This document shows positions 12,702-24,570 of a stretch of DNA of 64,000 nt, in pieces. A program made the position numbers and the translations under genes. Location: the NCBI GenBank assembly GCA_043228905.1, contig JBHGNT010000002.1, positions 10,850,001-10,914,000 of the forward strand, written 5' to 3'. How positions within the stretch are numbered: position 1 is the first letter of the stretch; each line of letters opens with the position of its first letter. The notes under the pieces are model-generated. The model was given only the letters and a program-made list of their open reading frames with translations, had not been told where the DNA came from and ran no database searches. The stretch comes from Azolla caroliniana (taxonomy: Eukaryota > Plantae > Polypodiophyta).

Positions 12702-12993
12702 GTTGTCACAGGATACACAGTTGTCGGCATGTGTCTTGTGGTATCCCTGATCGGTCATGGAGTCAATCTTCCGGTACCATTGTCAAGGAGCTTGCTTCAA
12801 TCCATATAAGCTTTTCTTCAACCGGCATACCAGGTGCTCATCGGGTGTCTTTCTATGCTTCTTCGAAGTTTTCTAGTTGCCCCTCATCGGTCAGCAACAC
12901 ATGCTCTACATCTGGAAATCTACGGTGAACTATTCTTACCTTAAGAGGATAGCTCCATTCTTGTTTTTTGGCCATTGGTTCCTCCATTTCTTC

Positions 12994-13251
12994 TGTGCAA
13001 AATAGCACTCGGCAACAACTGAGTCTTAAACTCAATGGAAGAACAAAAAACAGAAATGGAGATTAATACACTTACACAGACAACAGAAAGGACACATGAT
13101 GTTTATGTGGAAAACCCTAATAGGGAAAAACCAAGGGAGGCCACATACTCCAACTATCACTATAGGAGGAAGGATACAATACAAGACTCAGAGGCAATGA
13201 CGTGGAGCTCTATACTGTCGCCAATCGGCGGTCACAATAGAAAGGCTTTCT

Positions 13252-13291
<40 letters not shown>

Positions 13292-13577
13292 CCTCTGTAC
13301 ACCAATATCTTTGCTCAATTTCACATAATAACTAACTACACACAAAGTGGTTGCCCTAAGTCATATTTATACTTATATGACTTTAGCGTTGTTTACAAAT
13401 ATGGACATGACATGCACTCTAGAAACATATTTACAAATATGTCCCTGAAATCGGTTTACACTGGATTCATCTGGATACCTTCCGGATCCGCTCGGTCCGG
13501 TTCCCTCCTTCGACCTGTCCGACCCGGCTCCTCTGGTTCTCATTTGGATCCCATCCGGAGGGACCGAATTCCCAACA
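12994..13577 (-). repeat. Complete copia LTR (584 bp) of the element G family
   Basis: TGTGCAAAATAG..CCCAACA, homologous to 18113 onward; flanks TCTTC/TGTTC join into the IN-RT linker DSDEEEMEE of E. Confidence 0.85.
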
Positions 13578-16500
13578 TGTTCTTCATCTGAATCCAATTC
13601 GGGGTCTTCTTCGGTTTCGGTGTCCAAATGTTCTTCTTCGGTCGATTCGAATTCTTATCCGACTCTGGCCGGTTCTTCAAGTGTCTTCCGACTTCCGGCC
13701 GGATGGGTCCTTGTGTCTTTCGACCGATCTCTGTCGGTCGATCCAGAGTCCGCTATCTTCTTCTCCGACTCCCAGTCAGCAATAGTCTTGTCTTCCATGA
13801 AGACTACGTCTCGACTCCGGAACACCTTCTTGTTGACCAAGTCCCACACTTGGTACCCGAACTCATCATCACCATATCCAAGGAATATGCATGGCTGAGA
13901 CTTCGGATCCAATTTCACTCTCTTGTTCTTTGCATGGTCTGAGACCAAGTTCACATCGGCTTCATCTGGATCCGTTTGGTCCGGTTCCTTCCTTCGCCCC
14001 GTCCGATCCGGCTCCTCTGGTTCTCATTCGAATCCCATTCGGAGGGACCGAATTCCCAATAAACTCCCCCTTCACTCCCGCATGGGATGTCTTGTCAATC
14101 CGATTCATCTCATGCACCCGTCTAGCTTGTCGGTTGACAGCACCTTGGTCAGCATGTCCGACCCATTCTCCTTTGTATGGATCTTCGTCAGCAAGAACTC
14201 TTTATCTTCTACCTTCCCCCGGAGTCAGTGATATCTTCTCTGGATGTGCTTGGTCCGGGAATGGTAGGGTGTGTTCTTTGCGAGGTGGATGACACTTTGA
14301 CTATCGCAGTAGAAGCGAAATTCCTCATGCCGGATCCCTAACTCTCCGATGAAGTCCTTTATCCACATTACCTCCTTACCGGCTTCTACGACTGCCGTGT
14401 ACTCCACTTCCGTTATCGACAATGCAATAGACTTCTATAGGCTCGACTGCAATGATACGGCTCCCCCTGCATATGTCATAACAGATCCGGATGTAGACCG
14501 GCTGGTATCTACATCAACCGACATATTCGAATTCGTGAATTGTTCAAGTTGGGGTTTACCTGAGCCAAATTGGAGGCACATACTCGAGGTGCTTTTCAGG
14601 TACTAGAGTATCCACTTGACCGCGATCCTGTGTTCTCTTCCCGGATTCCTCATGAACCAAATGACCATTCTGAGAGCATATCCAATATCCGGGTAGGTAC
14701 ACACCATTGTGTACATCTAGCTTCCGAAGGCAGAGGCATAAGGTATCTTCATCATCTCCTACTTCTCTACCTTTGTCTTCGGGCTCTGCTTCCCGGATAG
14801 CTTGCAGTTTGCCGGAAGTGTCGATCCGACCGACATAGCATTTGACATGCTGAACCTTTGAAGCACCTTTGTCACGTACTTTTCCTGTGACAATTGCAAC
14901 TGCTTCTTCGCCCAGTTCTGGATTATGTGCATCCCTAGGATCTCTCTCGCCGGACCTAGATCTTTCACTGAAAAGGTTCGGTTTAGGGCCTTCTTCAGAT
15001 TCCCGATTTTGGTTCGGTTCGGTCCGACGATCAGCATGTCATCCACATACAACAAGAGTATTAGGAAGTCTCCTCCGTCGAACTTCTTCACGAACGTGCA
15101 ATGGTTAGCCTGTGTCTTGTGGTATCCTTGATCGGTCATGAAGGAGTTGAACTTTGCCAGGGAGCTTGCTTCCATCCGTATTAGCTAGACTTCTTCAACC
15201 AACACACCAGGTGTTCCTTCCCTTTCCTGACAAATCTTTCCGGCTATTGCATGTAGATCTCTTCTTCGAGGTTGTCATGTAGGAACGTCGTCTTGACGTC
15301 TAGTTGCTCTACCTTGACGTCCATGCTTGCCGCTATGCTCAATACAGTTTGGATGGATGTCATCTTTACTACTAGGGCAAAGATCTCGTTGAAATCCACT
15401 CCCTTCTTCTGCTGGAAACCCTTCACCACAATGCGGGCTTTGTACCTTGGTGGATTTCCGGCGTCTCCCGGCATCAACTTGTACACCCACTTGTTCCAGA
15501 GCGCTCTCTTTCCTTTCGGCAGCTTTGTCAATTCATTTGTGTGGTTCTCATGCAGGGAATCCATCTCATCCTGCATGGCACTAAACCACTTGCGGCTGTG
15601 GGTGTCTTCCTTTGCTTCTTCGAAGCTTTCCAACTCCCATTTGTTGGTCAACAACACATGCTCTGAATCCGAAAATCTCTGGAGGCTCCTCTCTATCTGA
15701 TGGGATATCTTCATCCTTGGTCTTCGGCCACCGATTCCTCCTTTTTTTCTTCATCCGAATCCGATTCGGGGTTTTGTCCGATTCTTTTTCGGTCAGTTCG
15801 AGTCTTTGTCCGAATACGGCCGGTTCATCATGGTCCTCGTCTGACATCCGGTTTTCGACTGGATGTGTCCTAGCATCTTCCAACTGGTCTCGGTCGGTCG
15901 ACCTGGAGAGCACTATCTTCTTCTCGAACTCCCAGTTGGCAATAGTCTTGTTTTCCATGAAGACTATACTATGTCTTGACTATGGGACACCTTCTTGTCG
16001 ACCAAGTCCCACACCTAGGAGCCGAACTCATCATCACCGTATCCAAGGAATATGCATGGCCTGGACTTCGGATTCAATTTCACTCTCTTGTCCTTTGCAA
16101 CATGCACGTATGCAAGACAACCGAACACCTTCACATGCTGGTAAGACACATCTGTACCAGTCCATACGCCTTGAGGTGTGTCTCCGTCCAAGGTTGTTGA
16201 GGGTGATTTGTTAATCACGTACGCTGTCGTCATCAATGCCTCAACCCAAAATGTATTGGATAGTTTAGCATGTGCCAGCATGCTCCGGACTCTCTCCATC
16301 ATGGTCTGGTTCATCTTTTCAGTCAATCCATTTAGCTCTGGTGTCTTCGACACGGTGAATTTGAGTCGTATTCCTTTTGTTCAGTAGTACTCCTCGAACT
16401 GTCCCCAATATTCTCCTCCGTTGTTTGCTCGAACCACCTTCAGTTTCTAGCCAGTTTCTATTTCCACTCTCGCATGGAAGTCCTTGGAAACGGATAATAC

Positions 16501-18439
16501 TTGGTCCTTCGTCGTCAGTGGTGAGACCCACATCTTCCGCCTGTGCTCATCTATGAACGTCATGAAGTACTGGGATCCGGCATGTGACTTCATGTCCACT
16601 TGGAATACATTGGTATGCACAAGTTTCAGCGGTGCATTCCGTCTCATCAATTGTCTTGACCGGAAAGCGGTTCGGTTTTGCTTGCCGGCCAAGCAGTTGA
16701 TGCATCTCTCAACCTGCACTACGCATCTTTCACCTCCAGAATGAGGTTTTCCTTGACAAGTCTTCACATCACTTTCTGGCTCATGTGAGACAACCTTTTG
16801 TGCCAAAGCTCACCGACATTGTTGGATGCCACGTTCACTTCTTCCCGGCATATCCAGGCATGCATCATGTACAGTGTGTTGATCTTCAGGGCTCAGGCCA
16901 CGATCAGGCTTCCTTTGCAAAACTTCATGACTCCGTTCTGGATGCTACCCATGTAGCCTTCATCATCTAGTGAACCGGCTGACATCAGGTTCAACTGAAC
17001 CTCTGGAATGTGTCCGACATCCTTTAACAACAACTTGCACCCGGTTGACGTCGTCAACCACACATCTCCTATGCCAACAATTCGGCATGCACCTTCATTT
17101 CCCATCCAGACAAAACCATGATCTCCGAATCTATAGGATAAGAAACACTTCCGATCGGGAGTCAATTGGAACGACGCTCCGGAATCGATCACCCATGTCA
17201 TTTCGTCGCGGACAAGATGCAGCTTACTCTCCTCGGTGATTAGCAGCAGTTCTTCTTCACTTGTCGCGATTGTCGACGTTCCTCTTCTTTTCGAAATCTT
17301 TTTCAGTTCCAGAATGTCAGCTCCCCATTTGGTTTTCTAGAAGTGTCGGCAATTCTTCTGGAAGTGCCCCTACTTTCCGCAATAAAAGCATGTGGGCCTC
17401 CCCCTTGACTTCGATCTCGTCCCTGATTTGTCCTGGTATGGGGACTCCGAATACGACCTCTTCCTCGGTTATGGTTGTCTTCCATAATCAAGGCCTTCGG
17501 ATCGGTTCCGGACTCCCGGTCCTTTCGGCGAGCTTCTTCATCCAACAAGCTAGATTTTACCCTTGCTAGGGATAAATGTTTACCTTCCAGCCCGACGTTG
17601 CCCAAAGTGACAATTAGCATCTCCCAACTATCCGGGAGGGAACTGAGCATCAACAACGCAAGTACCTCGTTGGCTAGAGGTACTTCCAACAAAGTTGTTT
17701 GATTTATGAGCCCCTAGAAGGCATTGATGTGCTCCGCCATGCTGGATCAGTCTTGGTAGCGGAATCTCACTAACTTTCGAAATACCGAAACCCGATTTAT
17801 AACGTGTTTACTCTCCAACATGGTACTGATTTTCTCTCAGAGCACATGAACCTTAATTTCTTCATTAAAGTTGTTGTACAGGCTCATGTCGATGAAGCAT
17901 CTACTGTATGTCGCTGTCTTCATATGCATCACCTCCCACGTCGTGGCATTGATCTTGTCCAGTTTCTTGTCCCCGAACTGTACTGGAAACCAGAGATCTT
18001 TGACCACGAGCATGTCCCTCATCTTTGACTTCCACCCTGGGTAGTTGGTGCCGGTGAGCTTGAACATGCTTCCGAATGAGTCTTCCATTTGTTCTTTGCT
18101 TAGATACCAGTTTGTGCAGAAAGCGCTCAACAACAACTGAGTCTTAAACTCAATGGAAGAACAAAAAATAGAATTGGAGATTAATACACTTACACAGACA
18201 ATAGAAAGGACACAAGATGTTTACGTGGATAACCCTAATAAGGAAAAACCATGGGAGCCCACAGACTCCAACTATCACTATATGAGGAAGGATACAATAT
18301 GAGATAAAAGACAACGACCTTGAGCTCTATACCTTCACCAATCAGCGATTACAACATCTGTAACCTCTGTACAACAATATCTCTACTCACTTTCGCATAA
18401 TAACTAACTACACACAAAATGGTTTCCCTAAATCATATT

Positions 18440-21400
18440 TGTAAAAGAATACGTTGTGTGGAAGCGTGTGCGTAAACACAGAGTACACAGTTTAGAGGAA
18501 TAAGACAGTTCGGTAAACACATAAAAATGCGGAGATGGAGAGACAGATTAGACAACAAAAAACTTCAATTCAAAATAATGACGCTTTGTTCTACATACAC
18601 TTTGTGCTCCGTGAGCACCTTATATACAAGCCCTGACAATCAGTCTGACACAAGTACTGACAGTACTTGACTGCTCATAAATGAGCCTCGACACTTACTC
18701 CCAAAATTATTCCTTATGAGGTTCCGTAAGCTCTTCCGGATCTACGCTCCGGTTCCTTCTGGCTTCACGCCTCGCTCACGCTCCTCGACCTGTTCGATTC
18801 CGCGTGCTTAGACCCTTTCGATCAACTTTTCTACTCGTTCAGCCCTTCTTGCTGTCGTGGTGTCGGCGTGTCCTTCGCTGCCCTTTTCTCCGCATGGCCT
18901 TCAGTTGATTCGGCGTATCCGAGTCGAACATTCCGATTGAATTGAACACTTTTGATTCAATTCCGCTCTCATCCAAATTGGTTATCTCCAATTCGTCTGC
19001 TGCCTTTAGGCCTTTGACAACTTCCGATCACGTCTTCGTCTTGGCGTTATCTCCCCCTATTTCGGCTATCCTCAGCTCCTTCTTATGCGTACGACCCTTG
19101 CTTCCTTCTTCGGCTCCTTCAACCAGTCCAAAATTGAATTCTTCATCCGATTCCTCATCACGGTCACTTCCGCCGGTATGAACACCTCCGCTCCTTCCGC
19201 TCCTTCCGCACTCTTGTTCCTGTTCGTCTTCCTTTCTCCCCTTTAACTTTGGCGTGTCGAGGTGACGCAACCCTAGCTCACCCGAGAAATGCAGTAACTT
19301 GTTGAGACTAAGAGGTTTTGTGAAGATGTTGGCAATCTACCGATCAGTCGAAACATGCACCAATTTGACTTCTCCTGAAAGGACCCACTCACGGACAAAA
19401 TGGTAATGCACCTCAATGTGCTTGGTCCGGGCGTGGAACACGAGGTTTTTCACAAGGTGGATACTTCTGAGGTTGTCGCAATAGATTGTCGTCGGATCAG
19501 ACAACTCTACCTACAGATCCCGTAATAGCCGTTTCAGCCAAATGACTTCGCACGTAGTGACAGTTGCCCCTCGATACTCGGCCTCCGTGCTCGACAGTGC
19601 CACTATCGGCTGCTTTTTGCTGCTCCACGCGATCGTCACACTTCCTAACGAGAAGGCGTATCCAGATGTGGATCTATGATCACTTGCGTTTTTGGCCCAA
19701 TCGACATCCGTGTAGCCGACTAACTGTTCGGCTACGCCTACTCGATAGAGCAACGCCATGTCTTTCGTGCCGCTGACATATCGCAATATCTGTTACGCGC
19801 ATTGAAAGTGTTCGGCCGTAGGTTGCGACATGAATTGACTGATTAGGCCGACTGGATATCTAAGATCCGGCAGAGTAATCGTCAGATAGATAAGGCTTCC
19901 GACAATCTGTCAGAATCGTGTCGGTTTGCATGCCTTTCCCGAATCTCGGCGAAGCTTTGCGTTTCTATCCAGAGGGGTTGAGATGGACTTACAGTTTGCC
20001 ATTCCGAACTTGAAGAGCATATTCAACGCGTAATGACACTGGCTGATCAATATACCTTCGAGGGTATGGATCACTTCGATCCCGAGGAAGTAATGAAGGT
20101 CTCCAAGATCCTTCATTTCAAACGATGCCGCAAGCTGAGACTTCACGCAGCAGATTTCATCCAGGTCAGCACCGGCGAACTGTTGCGTAATCTTTGCGTT
20201 CCAAGCTCGTGGGGCTTGCTTTAGGCCATATAAGGATTTCTTCAATCGGCAAACTGCCAAGGTGTTTTGTTCGGATAGAAATCCAGGGGACTGTACCATG
20301 TACACTTGTTCCTCAAGATCACCTTGCAGGAACGCGTTCTTTACATCCATCTGATGTAAGTGCCACCACTTTGCCACTGCTACGGCTAGCAGGACTCGCA
20401 CGGTAGTCATCTTCGCGACAAGCGCGAAGGTCTTGTCATAGTCCACATCGTGCTTCTACGTGTAGCCTTTTGCTACTAAACGGGCCTTGTAGCGGTTGAC
20501 AGAGCCATCGTTGTTGTATTTCACCTTATACACCCATCTGCATCCGATGGGCTTTACACCCTTTGGTGCGTCAACTAGGTCCCATATCTTATTCTACATT
20601 AAGACGCGCATCTCTTCCTCCATTGCGGCATGCCAATTTGTGTCCTTCGCCGCTTCTGCGTAGCTCTCTGGCTCACGCACTTCCGCCACTCATGTCATGT
20701 ACGCGTAATGGTGCGCCATGTACTCATTATACCCATACCTCTTTACAGGATTCTTCTGGAGGGTAGATCGGCGTAATTCGTCATTACCCGATTTCACGAC
20801 TTTTTCGGCTACCGTTGACCTCTTCCGTGGAGGTTCCTTTTCAATTTGCCCGTAGTCAGACTCACTCCGATCTGACTCGGCGCTGCCGAAGTCGTATTCT
20901 GACATTTTCTTCTTGCCTTTTTCCTTGCGTGTAAGCCGTCTCCTCGGCTTCCTACGCGAGGAATGCACGAGCGAGTCTCCACTACTCGCCGTCTCATCAT
21001 CTGGTCGGCCATCTCGGCCCAACCCCTCATTCGGGCCGCTTAGCCGAAATGAGATAGGACTCTCTCTCAGAGCTCTGACGTCCTCATCATGCGGAGGCAT
21101 TTCCGCCTCACTGATTTCTTCTTCAGAAATCGGAATGGAGTCTTGAGGTACTGGAGGTGAAGGCAAGTACCATGAAGCGGACTCATCGAAAACGACGTCG
21201 CGCCTTACGTGTACCTCCTTTGTTCGAGGGTCATACCACTTATACCCTTTCTGCTCATCTGAATAGCCGACCAAGATACATTTCTTAGCTTTAGCATCCA
21301 GTTTCCTCCTTTTTTCCTTCGGCATGTAAACATACGCGATGCTGCCAAGTTCGGCTTCTTCCCGAAGTACAACTCATGTGGCGACACTCCTCCATTAGCA

Positions 21401-23847
21401 GAAGTCCGATTCGGCCCAATAGAATTTTGGCATATGCTTCTCTTTAAGCATTGCCCTAGCCGCTTCTTCAATCGTCCGATTCTTCCGCTTGGCTACGCCG
21501 TTCTGCTTCGACGTATATCTACATGAGATTTTGCGTCGAATTCCCTCCTTCCGTAGATAACATGGGAACTGGTCGGAGAAGTACTCCTTCCAGCCATTGG
21601 ACTGTAGGAATTTGATTTTAAGCCCTGTTTCCCTTTCCGCGAGGCTCTTCACCTCCAAGAAACATGTGAAAACTTCGCTCTTCTTTGCGATCGTGCATGC
21701 CCACATGTGCCAGGTGAAATCATCAATGAAGGTTACAAAGTAACGGCTTCCACTGAGACTCATGTTTTGTGTCAGACCCCACACATCCGAATGTATCAAA
21801 TCAAGCGGATTACGGCTCTGATTACGCTCATTGGGGAATGGAAGTCGGTGTTGTTTTCCCATCTGACAGGTTTCGCAGACTTGGCCATTCCGGCCATGAA
21901 ATTTCGGCAGGTCGATATCCGATTCGACCTTTTGTCCTTTTGCGTACAACGCAGTTCCGGGTTGATTAGTGTCGAGGATAAACATCCTCCCTTCACGGCG
22001 CCCTTGCGTGATTACTTTGCCTTCCTCTTCTATGAAGCAACCGAGATGTGTGAATTGAACCTGCATTCCCTGGTCAACGATCTGACCAACCGATACTAGG
22101 TTCTTCGTTATTGTCGGGATGTGCAACACATTCATGAGTTTCCCTTTCTGCTCAACATGGCTAAGAGGAACTTCGCTGACATGTTCGATGGTATGCGGAG
22201 TGTCGTCTCCCGTTTCGACCACTCCTTGTGATTCCAGTTTCTCCAAGTACGAGAACCATTCCTCGTGACTCGTCATATGATTTGACGCTCCGGAATCAAC
22301 ATACCACACCTCGCTTGATTTCGAGGTGTTCACGACCATAGAATTGGCGTTATGCTTCATTACGAAGGCTAGGCCCGATTTGTTTCTGGCTCGTTTAGAG
22401 CCTTCTGTGTAGTGCGATCTCTGATGCCTCTCTGTGTTTCTTCAGCTCAATCCGGCTATGTCCGAATTGGCTCGCTTTTTCCAACACTCACTCTCCTTGT
22501 GGCCTTTCTTGCCATAGTACCAGCAATCCGGTGCGGTCTTCTCTTGCGGTCTTCTGGTGCCGCCATGGTTCCCCCTGCTTGTGTAGGGTTCGGAATTGCT
22601 ACCGGCATCTCGATTATGCCGTACATTCTGCTCTTTTCAGCCGCCTCCATTGCACACCGATCCACCTTGTCCACCACGACCACAGGGCCTATCATCCTCA
22701 GTGTAAAGCATCTTGCCATTGGTGTGCGCACTCGTCGATGCACCCGCGTGGTTTTCTTCTATGACCAACATTGACTGAAGCTCGAAAAATGAAGGCGTAA
22801 TCTCCCTCGTGGAGACTGCCGTTCGGAAAGGCCCGAACTTTCACACCAAGCCACCAAGACAAACCTGCACCATTTCATCTTCCTCGACGTCCACGTTGAC
22901 GGAGTTAAGAGAGTCGCAGATTTCTTTGATCGTGGTGGTGTAATCAGCCACCGACATATCTCTTTGTCATACATTGCTGAGCTCCTATCTGAGCTGCAGC
23001 TTTCTGGCCATTGTGCTAGCGGCGAAAATCCTTTTGAGATTTGCCCAGGCGTTCTTCGGCGTCTTGGCATCCCGAATATAGCTCAAAAGCTGATCGCTCA
23101 CACAGGACGCAAAGCAGTACAACACTCTGCTTGCCGCTTGTTCCCAAGCCGGATAGTCCCTGTGTGTCGAGTCGGGTGCCACATCGTTTGCTCCTTCGAC
23201 ATAAATCCAGTAGCCATGGCCGAGCAGGTACTGGTGCATCTTGTACGACCAAGATGCGTAGTTGCTCCTGTCGAGCTTCTCACTCAGAAGTGAGCTTCCC
23301 ATTCCTCTATCCATAGTATTGTCTTTTTCTCCTCCAAAAATGAACAACTTCAACTCTGTTTCATCACAAACTTTTCTTGTTGGCTGCAGAGGATTTCAAC
23401 CCTCGCGCTCTGATACCATGTAAAAGAATACGTTGTGCGGAAGTGTGTGCATAAACACAGAGTACACAGTTTGGAGGAATAAGACAGTTCGGTAAACACA
23501 GAAAAATGCATAGATGGAGATGGAGATGGAGAGGGAGAGACACAGCAGACAACAGAAAACTTCAATTCAAAATAATGATGCTCTGTTCTACATACACTTC
23601 GTGCTCAAAGAGCACCTTATATACAAGCCTGACAATCGGGTTGACACAAGTACTGACAGTACTTGACTGCTCATAAATGAGCATCGACACTTACTCCCAA
23701 AATTATTCCTTACGAGGAATATCGCTCTAACGGCCTTTCGGTTTACGCACCGATACGGCCAGATTGTGCGTACTAACTTACGCATCTAGTCTATGCACTA
23801 GGTTACATGCCATATTACGCACCCAATGTTGAGCTTGTATCTCAACA
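18440..23847 (-). mobile_element. Ty1/copia element H (distinct lineage), internally deleted, inserted in the 5' LTR of G
   Basis: Perfect TSD ATATT (18435-18439 and 23848-23852); 5' LTR 23419-23847; PBS TGGTATCAGAGC 23407-23418; 3' LTR remnant 18440-~18721 (inner end and PPT deleted); gag SEKLDRSNYASWSYKM, protease WYVDSGASNHM, IN, RT and RH fragments. Confidence 0.92.
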
Positions 23848-24570
23848 ATATTGATACTTATATGAATTTAGGGCTATTTACAAATATGGATATGATAGCC
23901 ACTCTAGAAACATATTTACAGATATGTCCCTGAAACTGGTTCACACCGGATTCATCCGTATACCTTTTGGATCCTCTTGGTCCGGTTCCCTCCTTCGACG
24001 TGAGACCGGCTCCTCTGGTTCTCATCTGGATCCCATTCGGAGTTCATTTGAATCCGATTCAGGGTCTTGTCCGGTTCCGGTATCCAAATCTTCTTTTTCG
24101 GTCGGTTCGGATTCTTGTCCGACTCCGGCCAGTTCTTCGAGTGTCTTCTGGCTTCCAACCGGATGGGTCCTTGTATCCTTCGACCAATCTCTGTCAGTTA
24201 ATCCAAATTCCGCTATCTTCTTCTCCGACTCCCAGTTGCCAATAGTCTTGTCTTCCATGAAGACTACGTCTCGACTCCGGAACACCTTCTTGTCAACCAA
24301 GTCCCACACTCGGTACCCGAACTCATCATCACCATATCCAAGTAATATGCATGGCCGAGACTTCAGATCCAATTTCACTCTCTTGTCCTTTTCTACATGC
24401 ACGTAGGCGAGACATCCAAAAACCGTCAAATGCCGGTAAAATACATCTTTACCGGTTCATACTCTTTGTGATGTGTCTCCGTTCAAGGACGCTGAGGGTG
24501 ATCTATTTATCACATAGATCGCCGTCATCAGCGCCTCAACCCAAAACGTCTTGGACAACTTAGCATGTGG

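Larger units (their letters stand above)
12994..24042 (-). mobile_element. Degenerate Ty1/copia element G (PPT 14062-14073; internal region to 18112; PBS 18098-18109; 5' LTR 18113-24042 split by H)
   Basis: Degenerate Met PBS TGGTATCTAAGC; gag MEDSFGSMFKLTGTNY, protease WVIDSGAS, IN, RT YVDD and RH fragments in 14072-18090. Confidence 0.8.
10688..24570 (-). mobile_element. Degenerate Ty1/copia element E (3' LTR 10688-11214; RH/RT to 12993; integrase pieces 13578-13935 and 24043-24570), 5' half deleted; hosts a solo LTR and element G
   Basis: LTR begins TGTGAGGAATAG inside the RT of D and ends CCCTACA before PPT AACTGCCCCTTC; RT/RH/IN peptides in minus-strand ORFs 11341..11775, 13655..13954 and 24022..24429. 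Confidence 0.75.
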
